NCBI RefSeq assembly: GCF_001194135.2 | Contig: NC_069000.1 | Span: 15,352,379-15,416,378, forward strand | Direction of reading: 5' to 3' | Origin: Octopus bimaculoides | Lineage: Eukaryota | DNA length: 64,000 nt | Shown here: in pieces, positions 1 to 12,200 of the stretch | How positions within the stretch are numbered: the first letter of the stretch is position 1 | Layout of the letters: every line of letters begins with the position of its first letter | The notes under the pieces: generated by a model | Told to the model about the DNA's origin: nothing | The model's database searches: none | Seen by the model: the letters and a program-made list of their open reading frames with translations, nothing else | Position numbers and translations under genes: made by a program

Positions 1-110
1 ACCACCACCACCACCACCACCACAACCACCACCACAACCACAACCACCACCACCACCACAACCACAACCACCACCGCCATCACCACCACCACCATCATCA
101 TTATTGTTGT
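1..110. repeat. (ACC)/(ACA)/(ATC) trinucleotide microsatellite
   Basis: Directly visible at the window start. Confidence 0.9.
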
Positions 111-485
111 CATCATCTTAAAGACAATATAGACCTTGTTTGTAATGACGGTTCTTAGATATTTCACAGTCATTTCCTTCACCAATGAAACATTTTTGGT
201 AGAAAAAAGGGCGAGGTGAAAATTAAAGATAGATAAATAGTAGAACCATTTATATATGAGTATAAATTGTGAAGAGATGGAATGAAATTATAATGCAGTA
301 GTTGACTACACAATCTGTCTAAGTTATAATGGGTAACCTATACGATTTGGAAAGAAACTTAGAATGATTTGTTTCGAAAGCGAGCGGCGATTTCTTTTAT
401 TTAGTGTATCTGGTGGAATGGGCAGCGCCCATAGCCCTTCCAGACTCTCTTAGACTGATGCTGTTGATATTTCTTTGGAATCTGA

Positions 486-687
486 GGTAGCGAGCTGGCA
501 GAATCGTTAGCAGACTGGGCAAAATGTATAGCAACATTTCGTCGGATTTTGCGCTCTGAGTTCAAATTCCGCCGAGGTCAAATTTAACTTTCATCCTTTC
601 GAGGTCGATTGAATAAGCACCAGAGAGTCCATGTAATCGACTTACCCTTTCCTTGAAATTGGTGGTCTTGTGCTAAAATTTGGAACC
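486..687 (+). mobile_element. SINE family A (about 210 bp, Pol III A/B-box-like head)
   Basis: GGYRGCGAGCTGGCAGAATCGTTAGC...GAGTTCAAATTCCGCCGAGGTCGAC...GTGCCAAAATTTGAAACC. Other + copies: 5812-6018, 6027-6237, 6666-6872, 7618-7820, 9571-9778, heads at 21950 and 26390. Minus copies, approximate: 895-1080, 10860-10960, 11520-11690, 24600-24785, 24826-24945, 25175-25372, 34205-34310, 34961-35172, 40794-40977, 53093-53300, 54790-54960, 55760-55880. Confidence 0.85.
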
Positions 688-1465
688 AATATTTCTTTTG
701 AATCTTTGTAAGTCAATATGTGCGAGAAGACATTGTCAGGGAGGAAATTCTAAATGATACATACATACATGCTTGCATACAAGAATACATACGCACGCAC
801 ATACATACATACATAAATACACACTAAAAATAAAAAATATACCGCTTATCTATTCATTAATGTCGATTTCTTACAAAGATGCAAGACCTGAAATTTGAGG
901 AAGGAGATACAGTTGAGGACATCTATCCTGGTAAATGACTGTTACTCTATTTTATTCGAAAGAAAAAGAAAAAAATCAAGCAAAGTTGTCATCGGCGTGA
1001 TTCGAACTCAGAACTTAAAGTAACATTACTAAATATAGGAAGGCATTTTCACCGATGCTCGCTCATGATTTTGCCAATCTACTACATTTATCTAATCGCT
1101 AACAGTTCATTCACTGTTACTTCCATCATCAAAGTTTCTGCTTTCACCTTATCTCTATCCTTAACCAGTTATGTACAAAAATAAACAGAGCCGAGGCTAT
1201 ATCAGTCGCTTGATCAACGGAGAAGGGAGAAGTGGGGAAGGGGAGGAAAAACAAATGAACAAACAAACAAACAGTGTGCCAGTCAGTAATGGTTTTAGTG
1301 GGGTTAGTGACAGGGGTGGGTGTAGATGAAGTGGGATTGAAACAGCGCCCCGTGGCTAAAACAGGCATCATACAATGGCATATATAAAACAAATAAAAGA
1401 TTCAGAAATCCATCCGTCAATATGGATTATTGCAGAGAAACAAGAAGGGATAAAGGGAGATATAA

Positions 1466-1514
<49 letters not shown>

Positions 1515-1554
1515 TATACATACATACATACATAGGCGCAGGAGTGGGTGTGTG

Positions 1555-1943
1555 ATTGTTGTTGTAGACACTCCTGTCGCTTACGACGTCGTGAGTTCCA
1601 GTTGATCCGATCAATGGAACAGCCTGCTCATGAAATTAATGTGCAAGTGGCTGAGCACTCCACAGACACGTGTACCCTTAACGTAGTTCGCGGGGATATT
1701 CAACGTGACATAGTGTGACAAGCCTAGCCCTTTTGAAATACAGGTACAACAGAAACAGGAAGAAAGAGTGAGAGAAAGTTGAGGTGAAAGAGTACAGCAG
1801 GGTTCGCCTCCATCCCCTGCCGGAGCCTCGTGGGGCTTTAGGTGTTTTCGCTCAATAAACACTCACAACACCCGGTCTGGGAATCGAAACCGCGATCCTA
1901 TGACCGCGAGTCCGCTGCTCTAACCATGGGCCATTGCACCTCC
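1555..1943 (-). mobile_element. SINE family C copy
   Basis: Reverse complement aligns with 35202-35590 along nearly its whole length. Confidence 0.85.
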
Positions 1944-2098
1944 ACGGGTGTGTGGTAAGTAGCTTGCTTAGCACATGGTTCCGAGTTTAGTCCCATTGCA
2001 TGGCACCTTGTGCAAGTGTCTTCTACTATCCCCTCGGGCAGACCAAAGCCTTGTGACTGGATTCGGTAGACGGAAACTGAAGGAAGCCCGTCTTATAT

Positions 2099-2144
<46 letters not shown>

Positions 2145-3953
2145 TGGTTGTCTACTCCTTAAACAGAGTTTGACCACCTCCTGCACATACACCTTAGCCC
2201 TTTCATGGCGTCTGATGTGGCTTTTTAAACCAGACAGTGTTTTGAAAAAACACCCACACAGATTGCACCTCTGATTTGCACTACCAATACCTGCAAGTAA
2301 GTTCTGCTCATTGTGGATCCTAACATGTCTTTTAAGACCCCCATTGGATTTGCAAANNNNNNNNNNNNNNNNNNNNNNNNNNNNNNNNNNNNNNNNNNNN
2401 NNNNNNNNNNNNNNNNNNNNNNNNNNNNNNNNNNNNNNNNNNNNNNNNNNNNNNNNNNNNNNNNNNNNNNNNNNNNNNNNNNNNNNNNNNNNNNNNNNNN
2501 NNNNNNNNNNNNNNNNNNNNNNNNNNNNNNNNNNNNNNNNNNNNNNNNNNNNNNNNNNNNNNNNNNNNNNNNNNNNNNNNNNNNNNNNNNNNNNNNNNNN
2601 NNNNNNNNNNNNNNNNNNNNNNNNNNNNNNNNNNNNNNNNNNNNNNNNNNNNNNNNNNNNNNNNNNNNNNNNNNNNNNNNNNNNNNNNNNNNNNNNNNNN
2701 NNNNNNNNNNNNNNNNNNNNNNNNNNNNNNNNNNNNNNNNNNNNNNNNNNNNNNNNNNNNNNNNNNNNNNNNNNNNNNNNNNNNNNNNNNNNNNNNNNNN
2801 NNNNNNATATATATATATATATATATATATAAGACGTGTGTGTGTGTGTGTATCTGTGTCTGTGTTTGTCCCCCCACCATCGCTTGACAACCGATGTTGG
2901 TGTGTTTACGTCTCCATAACTTAGCAGTTCGGCAAAGACCCCGATAAAATACGTAATAGGTTTACAAAGAACAAGTCCTGGGGTTAATTTGTTAGACTAA
3001 AGGTGGTTCTCCAGCATGGCCACAGTCAAATGAGTGAAACAAATAACAGAATAAAAGAACATGCATACATACATACACACACATATATACACACACTCAC
3101 ACACACACATATATATAGATATATATTTACGTATATATATANNNNNNNNNNNNNNNNNNNNNNNNNNNNNNNNNNNNNNNNNNNNNNNNNNNNNNNNNNN
3201 NNNNNNNNNNNNNNNNNNNNNNNNNNNNNNNNNNNNNNNNNAGATATCTGGCGCATATACATTCATTTAAACCAAATATAAATAATAATACTTCATTAGC
3301 CACATATACACAGAAACTCAATAAAAACAGAATTAATTATAAATTGGATTGGTCAATAATAGATTCTGCCATACCATATACACATAAATCAAATAATTGC
3401 TGTTTATGCACATTAGAATCACTGCATATATTGCTATATAAATTTGATAATTTAATAAATAGCAAGTCAGACGCGATATCATCATGTAAACATATGTACT
3501 ACAAAACCTTTAAATATTATAATAGATCCAAAAACAAGGTAGAATAGAAAAAACACATCTGTGTATTTGTATAAGCATTTGTATTGATATGTTTAAAAAG
3601 TATGTATACGTGTATGTGTGTGTATATGTGTGTGCATGTGTGTATATGTATATATGTAAATGTTAGATATATATACGTGTTAAATCTAGACACTTAATAA
3701 CTGAACTCAAATACTAGTAATCTACAATACTTTCATAAGTATATTAATTTAAAATTAAAAATAAATATGTTTAATCTAAACACTTAAGAATTTGAACCTA
3801 GAATCTATCATATTACCTTTATAAGTAAAAATAATATTCATATTAAATTAAAACTGAATTTGAAATAGAATCTTCTGACAAATAAAAAAAAACCTCTATA
3901 TATAATTATCTTAATTCTAACCAAATTTTTTAATAGTGAAATATATGCAGTGG

Positions 3954-4628
3954 ATGGAACATTTAAATATTGGATGTGATTCATAGGATTTACCAATATT
4001 ATATTATATATTTAATTATTGCGAAATAACGCAATAAATCTAACAACAATATGGACTCTACTATAATAATGTACTGTGATTCTCAAATATTCTGAAAAAT
4101 ATACCAACATCAAAAACTATATATCATATAAAATATCTACAAAAGAAAAAATATGAATTTTCCAAATTATAAGAGGGATTGGATTTACAAATTCGCCAAG
4201 GTCAGTATATATTTTAATATTTTTAATATTCTTAATATTTTTTTATATATTTTTTAATATTCTTAATATTTTTTAATATATTTTTTAATATTCTAATTAA
4301 TATTATCCTATAATGGAACATTTAAATATTGGATGTGATTCATAGGATTTACCAATATTATATTATATATTTAATTATTGCGAAATAACGCAATAAATCT
4401 AACAACAAGATGGACTCTACTATAACAGTGTACTGTGATTCTCAAATATTCTGAAAAATATACCAATATAAAAAACTATATATCGTATAAAATATCTACA
4501 AACGAAAAATATGAATTTTCCAAATTATATGAGGGATTGGATTTACAAATTCTCAAAGGACAGTATATATATTTAATATTTTTAATATTCTTGATATTTT
4601 TTAATATTTTAATTAATATCATCCTATA
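3954..4628. repeat. Tandem duplication of an AT-rich unit (359 bp plus about 316 bp)
   Basis: atggaacatttaaatattggatgtgattcatagg... starts at 3954 and again at 4313. The units differ mainly in the number of internal taatattytttt subrepeats. Confidence 0.92.
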
Positions 4629-4682
4629 GCATATTTTATTATGTACACCGTTCGTTTTCACATATATAATAATAACTTTATA

Positions 4683-4773
4683 CATCTCTGAAGAGCGGAA
4701 TTATTGCCAACATGCTTGTCTATATTAGATTACATTATAAAGGCAATAATATACGTGAAACGATCTTAAGATG
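4683..4773 (+). ncRNA. Minimal type I hammerhead-ribozyme-like motif (Penelope-type)
   Basis: catct-CTGAAGA-GCG...attattgcc...ggcaataat...CGT-GAAA-cgatct-TA-agatg. The core is intact, stem I has 5 bp, stem II is 3+9 bp, and stem III is a near-palindrome (ACGATCtT). Confidence 0.6.
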
Positions 4774-5024
4774 CTTTTTAGACTTTCATAATATTTTAAT
4801 CGAATTATATTTGTACTCAGTTATGCATACATTTTTACATACATTTATATACGCATATATTTTTATATACATTTATATTTTTTTATATACATTTATATCT
4901 TGTATATCTTTAATTTTAATTTAATTATAATTCAAAATGATTATTGTCATATAAAACATATCTTTCAGAAATTAGAATATTGATTTCCAGTGAATATTGC
5001 TAATAATTTTATTAATAATATAAA

Positions 5025-5060
<36 letters not shown>

Positions 5061-5811
5061 GAGGGTTTGAAAATGCACTTATTTTTAAAAAATATTTATT
5101 TACTTAACCGGTTTCACTTTTTTAGAAAAAGATTATCAAAAGTCTTTGAGAATAATAAAAAATGTTAAAAAACAGTCTGAGTATTAAAATGCATATATAC
5201 ATTCTTTGATGATAAAATATATTTAAAGTATAAAGCTTTGTATGAACTTTGTAGTGTTACATACTGATTGTCATATTAAGGTGAAATTGTTAAAAACAGT
5301 GTATGAAAATACACATATGGAAAAATACATATACATATACATATTCTCATACATATTCTTTGACAATCGAATAAAATTGAGAAGGAACTGACCTGGCCTT
5401 TTTCTCTTGTGTATATATATATATTTACTCAAAGTAATAGACCACTTAATATAAGTTCAGTAAAATATTCCTTTTGAATATTCTTTATAAATTATATATA
5501 TATATGTGTGTGTGTATATATATATATATATACATACGACGGGTTTCTTTCAGTTTCCGTCTACCATATCCCCTTTACAAGGCCTTAATTTGCCCCAGGC
5601 TATTGTCGAAGGCACTTAAAGAGCGTTTACTAAACGTTATTCCTCAGGTGACGCTGATCAATAAAAGGTTGAGAAGCAGTCCTATTGGAAGGGAATACAA
5701 GGAACCATGTTTTAAAGCATGAAGAATATTTATAGGTATTAAGATTAAGCTTTGTTCCTGAGGAAGTAATTAGCGTTGCGAAATTCATACACATTTTTAC
5801 TAATGTATCTA

Positions 5812-6237
5812 GGCAGCGAGCTGGCAGAACCGTTAACGCACCGGACAAAATGCTTAGCGCCATTTCGTCTCTCTGCACGTTCTGAGTTCAAATTCTGCCG
5901 AGGTAACTTTGCCATTCATCCTCTCGGGGTCGATAAAAGTACCAGTTGAATACTGGTGTCGACGTAATCGACACATTCCCTCTCCCAAAATGGCTGCCCA
6001 GTGGCAAAATTTGAAACCATTATTAAGGCAGCGAGCTGGCAGAATTGTTAGCATGCTGGACAAAATGCTTAGCGGTATTTCGCCCGTCGCTACCTTCTGA
6101 GTTCTAATTCCGCCGAGGCCGACTTTGCCTTTCATCCTTTCGGGTCAATAAAACTAGTACCAGTTATGCACTGGAGTCGATGCAATCGACTTAGTCTCTT
6201 CCCCCAAATTTGAGGCCTTGTACTTCTAGTAGAAAGG
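5812..6237 (+). mobile_element. Two head-to-tail family A SINE copies
   Basis: ...ttgaaacc attattaa ggcagcgagctggcag...: the second copy starts 8 nt after the first ends. Confidence 0.85.
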
Positions 6238-6281
6238 ATTATCATCATCATGATTATTATTATTATTATTATTATTGTGAA

Positions 6282-6620
6282 AGCGCATGGTTCAGTGGCT
6301 AGAGCGTTGAGCTTATAATCGTGAGATTGTGAGTTCGAATCCCGGACCGCGTTGCGTGTTGTGTTCTTGAGCAAGACACGTTATTTCAAGTTGCTCCAGT
6401 TCACTCAGCTGTAGAAATGAGTTGCAACGTCACAGGTGCCAAGCTGTATCGGCCCCTTTGCCTTTCCCTGGGATAACACTGGTGGCGTGGTGAGGGGAGG
6501 CCGGTATGCATGGGCGACTGCTGGTCTTCCATAAAAAAAAAACAACCTTGCCCGGACATGTGCCTCGGAGGGTAACTTTCTAGGTGCAATCCCATGGTCA
6601 TTCATGACCGAAGGGGGTCT
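6282..6620 (+). mobile_element. SINE family D (tRNA-like head plus central domain), flanked by (ATT)n
   Basis: gcgcatggttcagtggctagagcg...gagttcgaatcccggacc...cttgagcaagacac...gttgctccagttcactcagctg. Related heads on minus at about 17600-17720, 38930-39030, 45860-45975 and 59380-59515. Confidence 0.75.
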
Positions 6621-6624
6621 CAGC

Positions 6625-6665
<41 letters not shown>

Positions 6666-7875
6666 GGCGGTGAGCTGGCAGAATCATTAGCACGACTAGC
6701 AAAATGCTTTGCAGCATTTCGTCCGTCTGCACGTTCTGAGTTCAAATTCCTCCGCGGTCGACATTGCCTTTCATCCGTTTGAGGTCGGCAAAACAAGTAC
6801 CAGTTGAGCACTGGAATCGATCTAATCGACTCATTCCCTCCCCCCGAAATTGCTGGCCTTGTGCCAAAACTTGATATTGAAGACAGAATATTTCAACTGC
6901 AAATTGAAATTGAAAATCACGGCCTAGATAAGTAGAACCTTTCTTTGCACTTTACGGTGCTTGCTTATATCCCTTTTGACAATTCTAAAGTGTATAACTA
7001 TTTCTCGCATGTACTTAAATCGATTGACATGTCTTCGTTGATTTTGTTTGTGTGAGTGAGTGAGTGTGTGTGTGTGTAGGAGAGAGAGAGAGAGAGAGTT
7101 CTAACATGAGTTAGTTAAAGCTTTTGACTTTGATTCTATCATTCAGAAGTACGGGCGTCAACAAATGCCCAACTTTACTGATTACATTATCGTTTCGTAG
7201 ATAATACATTCTCTATTGATGAGTGTATAATGTGTTCGTCCTTATATTTTGTTTGTAGATATCTGTATGACGTTAAGCAGTGCACTGTAACCTTGAACAG
7301 GCCAAAGGCACCCACTGTTAAATAGTTTACGCTGAACAGTTTATATCTAACCGGAAGTTAATTATGTATCGAAAGATAGGTTGGTTTAGACGTTTGGTCA
7401 CGTAATCCGTTGGGTTTCACTAGTGGTATGATATAGAAGGATGCTTCCACCATATCTAAAATGTACGCCGTAAGAACAGCATCTCTGGGCTGTATCAAAG
7501 AATTGAGATCCTAATACAAGGCAAGCTGATAGTTTACAGATTGAGATTTGAATCTAACCATACCTCCATCATTTGGCTATATCACTTCTAGATTCTCGTA
7601 TTAATTTATCTCCCTAAGGCAGCGAGCTGGCAGAATCGTTAGCATGCCGGGGAAAATGCTTCGCGGCATTTCGTCCGCCTTTACGGTCTGAGTACAAATT
7701 CCGCCGAGGTCGACTTTACTTTTTATCTTTCCGGGTAGGTAAAATAAGTTGAGTACTGAGGTCGATGTAATCGGCTTACCCCTTCCCCAAAACTACTGGC
7801 TTTGTGCCAAAATTTGAAGCCAGTATAAATTTACTCCTCAAACGAAAAATATCTAATATAAAAAATAGTGATATA

Positions 7876-8933
7876 CAGGGTGTTCCAGAAAGATTTACCC
7901 ATGTTTAAAACTCTTTCTGAAGAATGCCAGTTCAGGTAATATTATCTACATTTTACATAAAGATTTGCATATGTCTTTTGTTCGTGTGTCTATTGTTTCG
8001 TTCGTCTATAACAGGTTTGTAAACATGGCGTTGAATGCAAAACGTGACCAGATTGTCGCTTTGAAAACAGCTGGAGTGAGCAACAAGGACCTGATAAAAC
8101 AGTTGAATGTGTGTCGTAAAACAGTGTTCAATACCTGGATATATGGAATCCGCTACTATCTCTAGCAAGCCAGTTCTTTGTAGGAAACGATCAATTCGTA
8201 CCAAACAAACAGTTGAAGCTGTGAAAAAGCGAATGAACTGAAATCCCTGTAGAAGTGCAAGAAAAACTGTAAAAGCTCTTGATATTTCGAAATCGTCACT
8301 GCACAGGATTTTTAAAGCTAACTGCATACAGGAAGCGATTCCGGTAATTAATTTCAGCAGCTTCCAAGAATAAACTGCTCGACAAGGGTAAGACCTTGTT
8401 AGCTGAGGTGAAGCGCTCCGCTAACAAAGTGTTGATCTGATTTGACGAGAAAATCTTCCCTGTGGAGACAGTTACCAACAGGCAGAATGACAGGCTTTAT
8501 GCATGTAATGCAGGAGACTTACCCGAAGGAGTTATTTACGCCATCAGAAGCCATCTTCATTCATGGTGTGAGATGCAGTTGCACCTGATAGGTTTGGACC
8601 CATCAGATGGATCAGCCTTCATCGATGCTGGCGTCAAGGTCACAGTGAAATTTATGTGGAAATGTTGGATGAGAAAGTGTTACCTTGGGTCACAGAAACC
8701 TTTGGTGACCGTTACATCTTCACTCAAAACTTTTGTCTTCATGGGTCAAGCTAGATGAAAAGGTAGTACGGCGCTCATACAATTCAGTGACTACTCGTTT
8801 TCAGGCTATGGTCAAGGCGAAAGGTGGTCATTTTAGAATGTAATCTTTTGAAATTGATTGACAATCTACATTAGAACGTGTATGCCAAATTTCAAATACG
8901 AAATATCTATTGGTAAATCTTTCTAGGACACTG
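7876..8933 (+). mobile_element. Tc1/mariner-superfamily DNA transposon (maT/DD37D-like), internally deleted, with TIRs and TA target duplication
   Basis: Left end ta|CAGGGTGTTCCAGAAAGATTTACC; right-end reverse complement ta|CAGTGTCCTAGAAAGATTTACC. Interrupted transposase about 8025-8843: MALNAKRDQIVALKTAGVSNKDLIKQLNVCRKTVFN (HTH), FDEKIF, TNRQNDRLYA, IDAGVKV, FGDRYIFTQ, AMVKAKGGHF. Confidence 0.88.
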
Positions 8934-11789
8934 TATTGCTAATGGTCATTGATTTTATTTTTTTACTGCTTACTAAGACGAAGAAGGGAAATGCCAATGA
9001 CTAGTTTTTCTATAGATAGCTGCATACCTAACTAACTTCACACCCGCCTCTCCTCCATCTATCATATCTTAAGAATGTTTCTCCTCCCACTTAAAGCACG
9101 GAACACTTCGTTCAATTCGCCTTCTTTAGAACTGCAACCGTCCCAGTTCCTTTTCTCTCCCATGATTTTCCCGCCAACGTTGATCTAAAATATTTTATAT
9201 TGGACATGAACTGCATTAATCTCACCATTCTGCAGATATTGTAAAGGCAAAGGTTCTGTTTAACCTTCTCTGCTGAACTCATATCAATCAATATAGTCTT
9301 GTTTCTCTGTATTTAAAAAGTCTAGTTCCGTCTGTATGTATTTTAAATTAAAAATCTGAAGTCTTCTTTATTTTTAAATAACCCAAAACTCCAGAGTCAC
9401 TCAATTCAGGAAGTAACAGTAATAAAATGGTTAAATTCATACGACAACGTCCTATATAAATTAGTCTTCTGACTTGTCATAATAAATTGTTCATGTACCA
9501 AATTTAATTCTTATATTGATTGCAGACAATCGTCGTAAATGGGGTGAACAATATTATATAATTATTATTTGAGCTGGCAGAATCGTTAGCACGCCGGGCA
9601 AAATGCTTAGCAGTATTTCGTCCGTCGTTACGTTCTGAGTTCAAATCCCGCCGAGGTCGGCTTTGTCTTTCATCCATTCGAGGTTGATAAATTAAGTACC
9701 AGTGCAACACTGGAGTTGGTGTAATCGAATAATCCCCTCCTACAAAAATGGCTGTCCTTGTGGTAAAATTTGAAACCATTATCTGTAATACTTTTTTCTT
9801 TGTTTGTCGGTCTGTCTGTCTGTTTGTCTGTTTCTTCTCTTTCTCATTCTCTGTCTGCTTGTCTATCTATATATCTGTCTGTATATCTATCTGCATGTCC
9901 CCCTGTCTGTCTATCTATCTATCTTTAGGAGCTATACCTGCAGGCACTGATAATCATACACTTCTATGTCAAAGTCTGAAAGGCTGGTAGTTTTTCTTGG
10001 GTATGATACAACAGTTGGTTCCTGTTGTCTTCTCCCGGTCTATTTCTAGTTTACCCTGCTAGTTTCCTGCTCTCCCAAACTTACTCTTGAAGCGTAAATA
10101 GCTATTTATTCAGTTTCAAAACATTTCTTTATCAAAAGCATATTTCAGAAATATAGAATAAATGGTTTCTATATTAGCCATAGTTCCTTGGGATTTCTAC
10201 AAGAAGAGTTCTATTTGTTTTACACTGCAAGAATACAATTAACGTCTCTCAAAAGAATGTTTAACCTGATTTACATTTGGAACACGAAGTCACTGGTTTT
10301 CGTAGAGTATTTGAAATGTTTTACAAATTAGTTACACACTTACTGATTCTCAAGAGAACAGAATATTTTACCAGAATTATAAACAAAATACATGGCAATG
10401 AACTTTCAAAGGACTGCTCAATAGGTCTTACAAACTGGTCGCATGATCACTGATTTTTTTTGAAAGCATGTAACTCGTTTGTAACCGCTTTTTAAAGACT
10501 AGACTTTTCTATTGGTTCTTTGTGAAATATTGGTTTCAAATTTTGGCACAAGGCGTACATTAGATATTTATTTACAGTCATTAATTAATTAATCAATTAA
10601 TTAATTTACAGTTATTCATTTATTTATTTTCTGTGAGAACAGGTTGCTAATATTCGTTGACCCCTTCTCCGTTTCTTCAGAAAGGGATACTAGAAGTGTT
10701 CCTCCACGATTCTTCTTGTAGGCAATATAGATAGACGTTGCCAAGAGACACTAGGAAAAAGGGTAGCAAGAGAAGGAGAGAAATAGACAGAAAGAAGGAA
10801 AGAAAGGAGGAAAAGAATGGAGAGGAAGAAGGAAATATTAAAGTAGGAAAAAATGAAATCGACCGTGAAAGAATAAAACACAAAGTTGACCTCGGTGAGA
10901 TTTGAACTCAGAGAGCCAGAACCACTACTGTATTCCATAAGACGCTCTAGCGACTCTGTCAATTCACCCTCTATATACAATACCGCTACCTCATCCCCAC
11001 CAATATTTGAGGCTTGTGCTTATATTGGGAAATATTATTTTTATTACTACTCCAGACGCATAAAAATATATACGGCGCCGTAATGGCGACTTTTTCGAAC
11101 ATACATACATACACACTTATATGTAAATATGTATGCATGTGTGTATGTGTAAGTATATATATATATATATATATATATATGTCTTATCTATGAACACAAA
11201 AACTATTCTTGGCTATCTCGTAACGGTGGTCTGGTGTTGTTTTTATCGGGCAGCGTTTACCTCTGGAATCTGTAAGTAATTGTAACGAATATAGACAGAT
11301 ATCTATGCCCAACCGCTGGTATTGAGATTATTGTTTCGTAGATGTTGTTCACTTTAATAATCCTTTTATTATAAAGAACAGAATCGTAGTAGAATCTTTA
11401 GAAATTAACGTCAAATTTTATCTACAGAAAATTAGATCAGGTATTTCAACCACACATCTTAAGACTTTTACGTCAAGATAAAATTATATTTATAAACGAT
11501 ACTAATAATGATAGGTGATACTGGTGGTTTCTAACGTAGGCAAAATGCCATGAATTAGTGGTTTAATCAATTATAGTGAACAAGGATACTAAACGGTTCC
11601 TAATTTTTCCATCCTAGAAAAGCGAAACTGCTCCTCGCAGATTTTGAATGCAGGACGTAGAGACGTAACTAAATATTGCAAAGAAATTTAAGTGGCACTA
11701 CTGAATATACGCATGTGTGTGTATGCATGCATGTAAGCATGCATATGTATGTATGTATGTATGTATGCATATGTTTGTGTGTGTGTGTA

Positions 11790-12200
11790 CATATGTAGTG
11801 CATTCTCTCGTCGTGAACGACAGACGAGCGTTCAGTAAAATAAAGCAGTAATCATGTTCTATGGACTCGAATGTGTCCTTTGAGGCCTGCTGGTGCCTTG
11901 CAAACCTTTTAGCAAATGGAACCAGTTGAGGACTCAGTTTGCTCGAGTGTTTGTGGATCATTTACTATGCGTTTTCTTGAGTGGGCGGCAAGGCCTGCTT
12001 TGCTTCGTGTCACAAAACCACGATGACAAGTAAGCTTTCCATATAGAGGAGCAGTGTTTTGCCAGCGTTCCTTCATGCTAGCACAAAGTTAGTCCCGATG
12101 CTGGAGTCGACTTTGCTCAAATCTTTGAAGTGAAGAGAAGTAGGCCTGGTGTCAGGGCCTGCATTCTGATGCTTATTTTCCCAGGAAAAAAAGGGAATGT
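11790..12200 (-). mobile_element. RTE-clade LINE 3' end with C-terminal CCHH zinc knuckle and short tail
   Basis: Minus-strand RPTSLHFKDLSK...SIC*KVCKAPAGLKGHIRVHRT*, then a short 3' tail running into an (AC)/(ATAC) microsatellite. Confidence 0.7.

Noticed and set aside
3420-3952. 13-bp inverted repeat CACTGCATATATT as possible MITE termini
   Set aside because: No target-site duplication and only weak extension in very AT-rich sequence.
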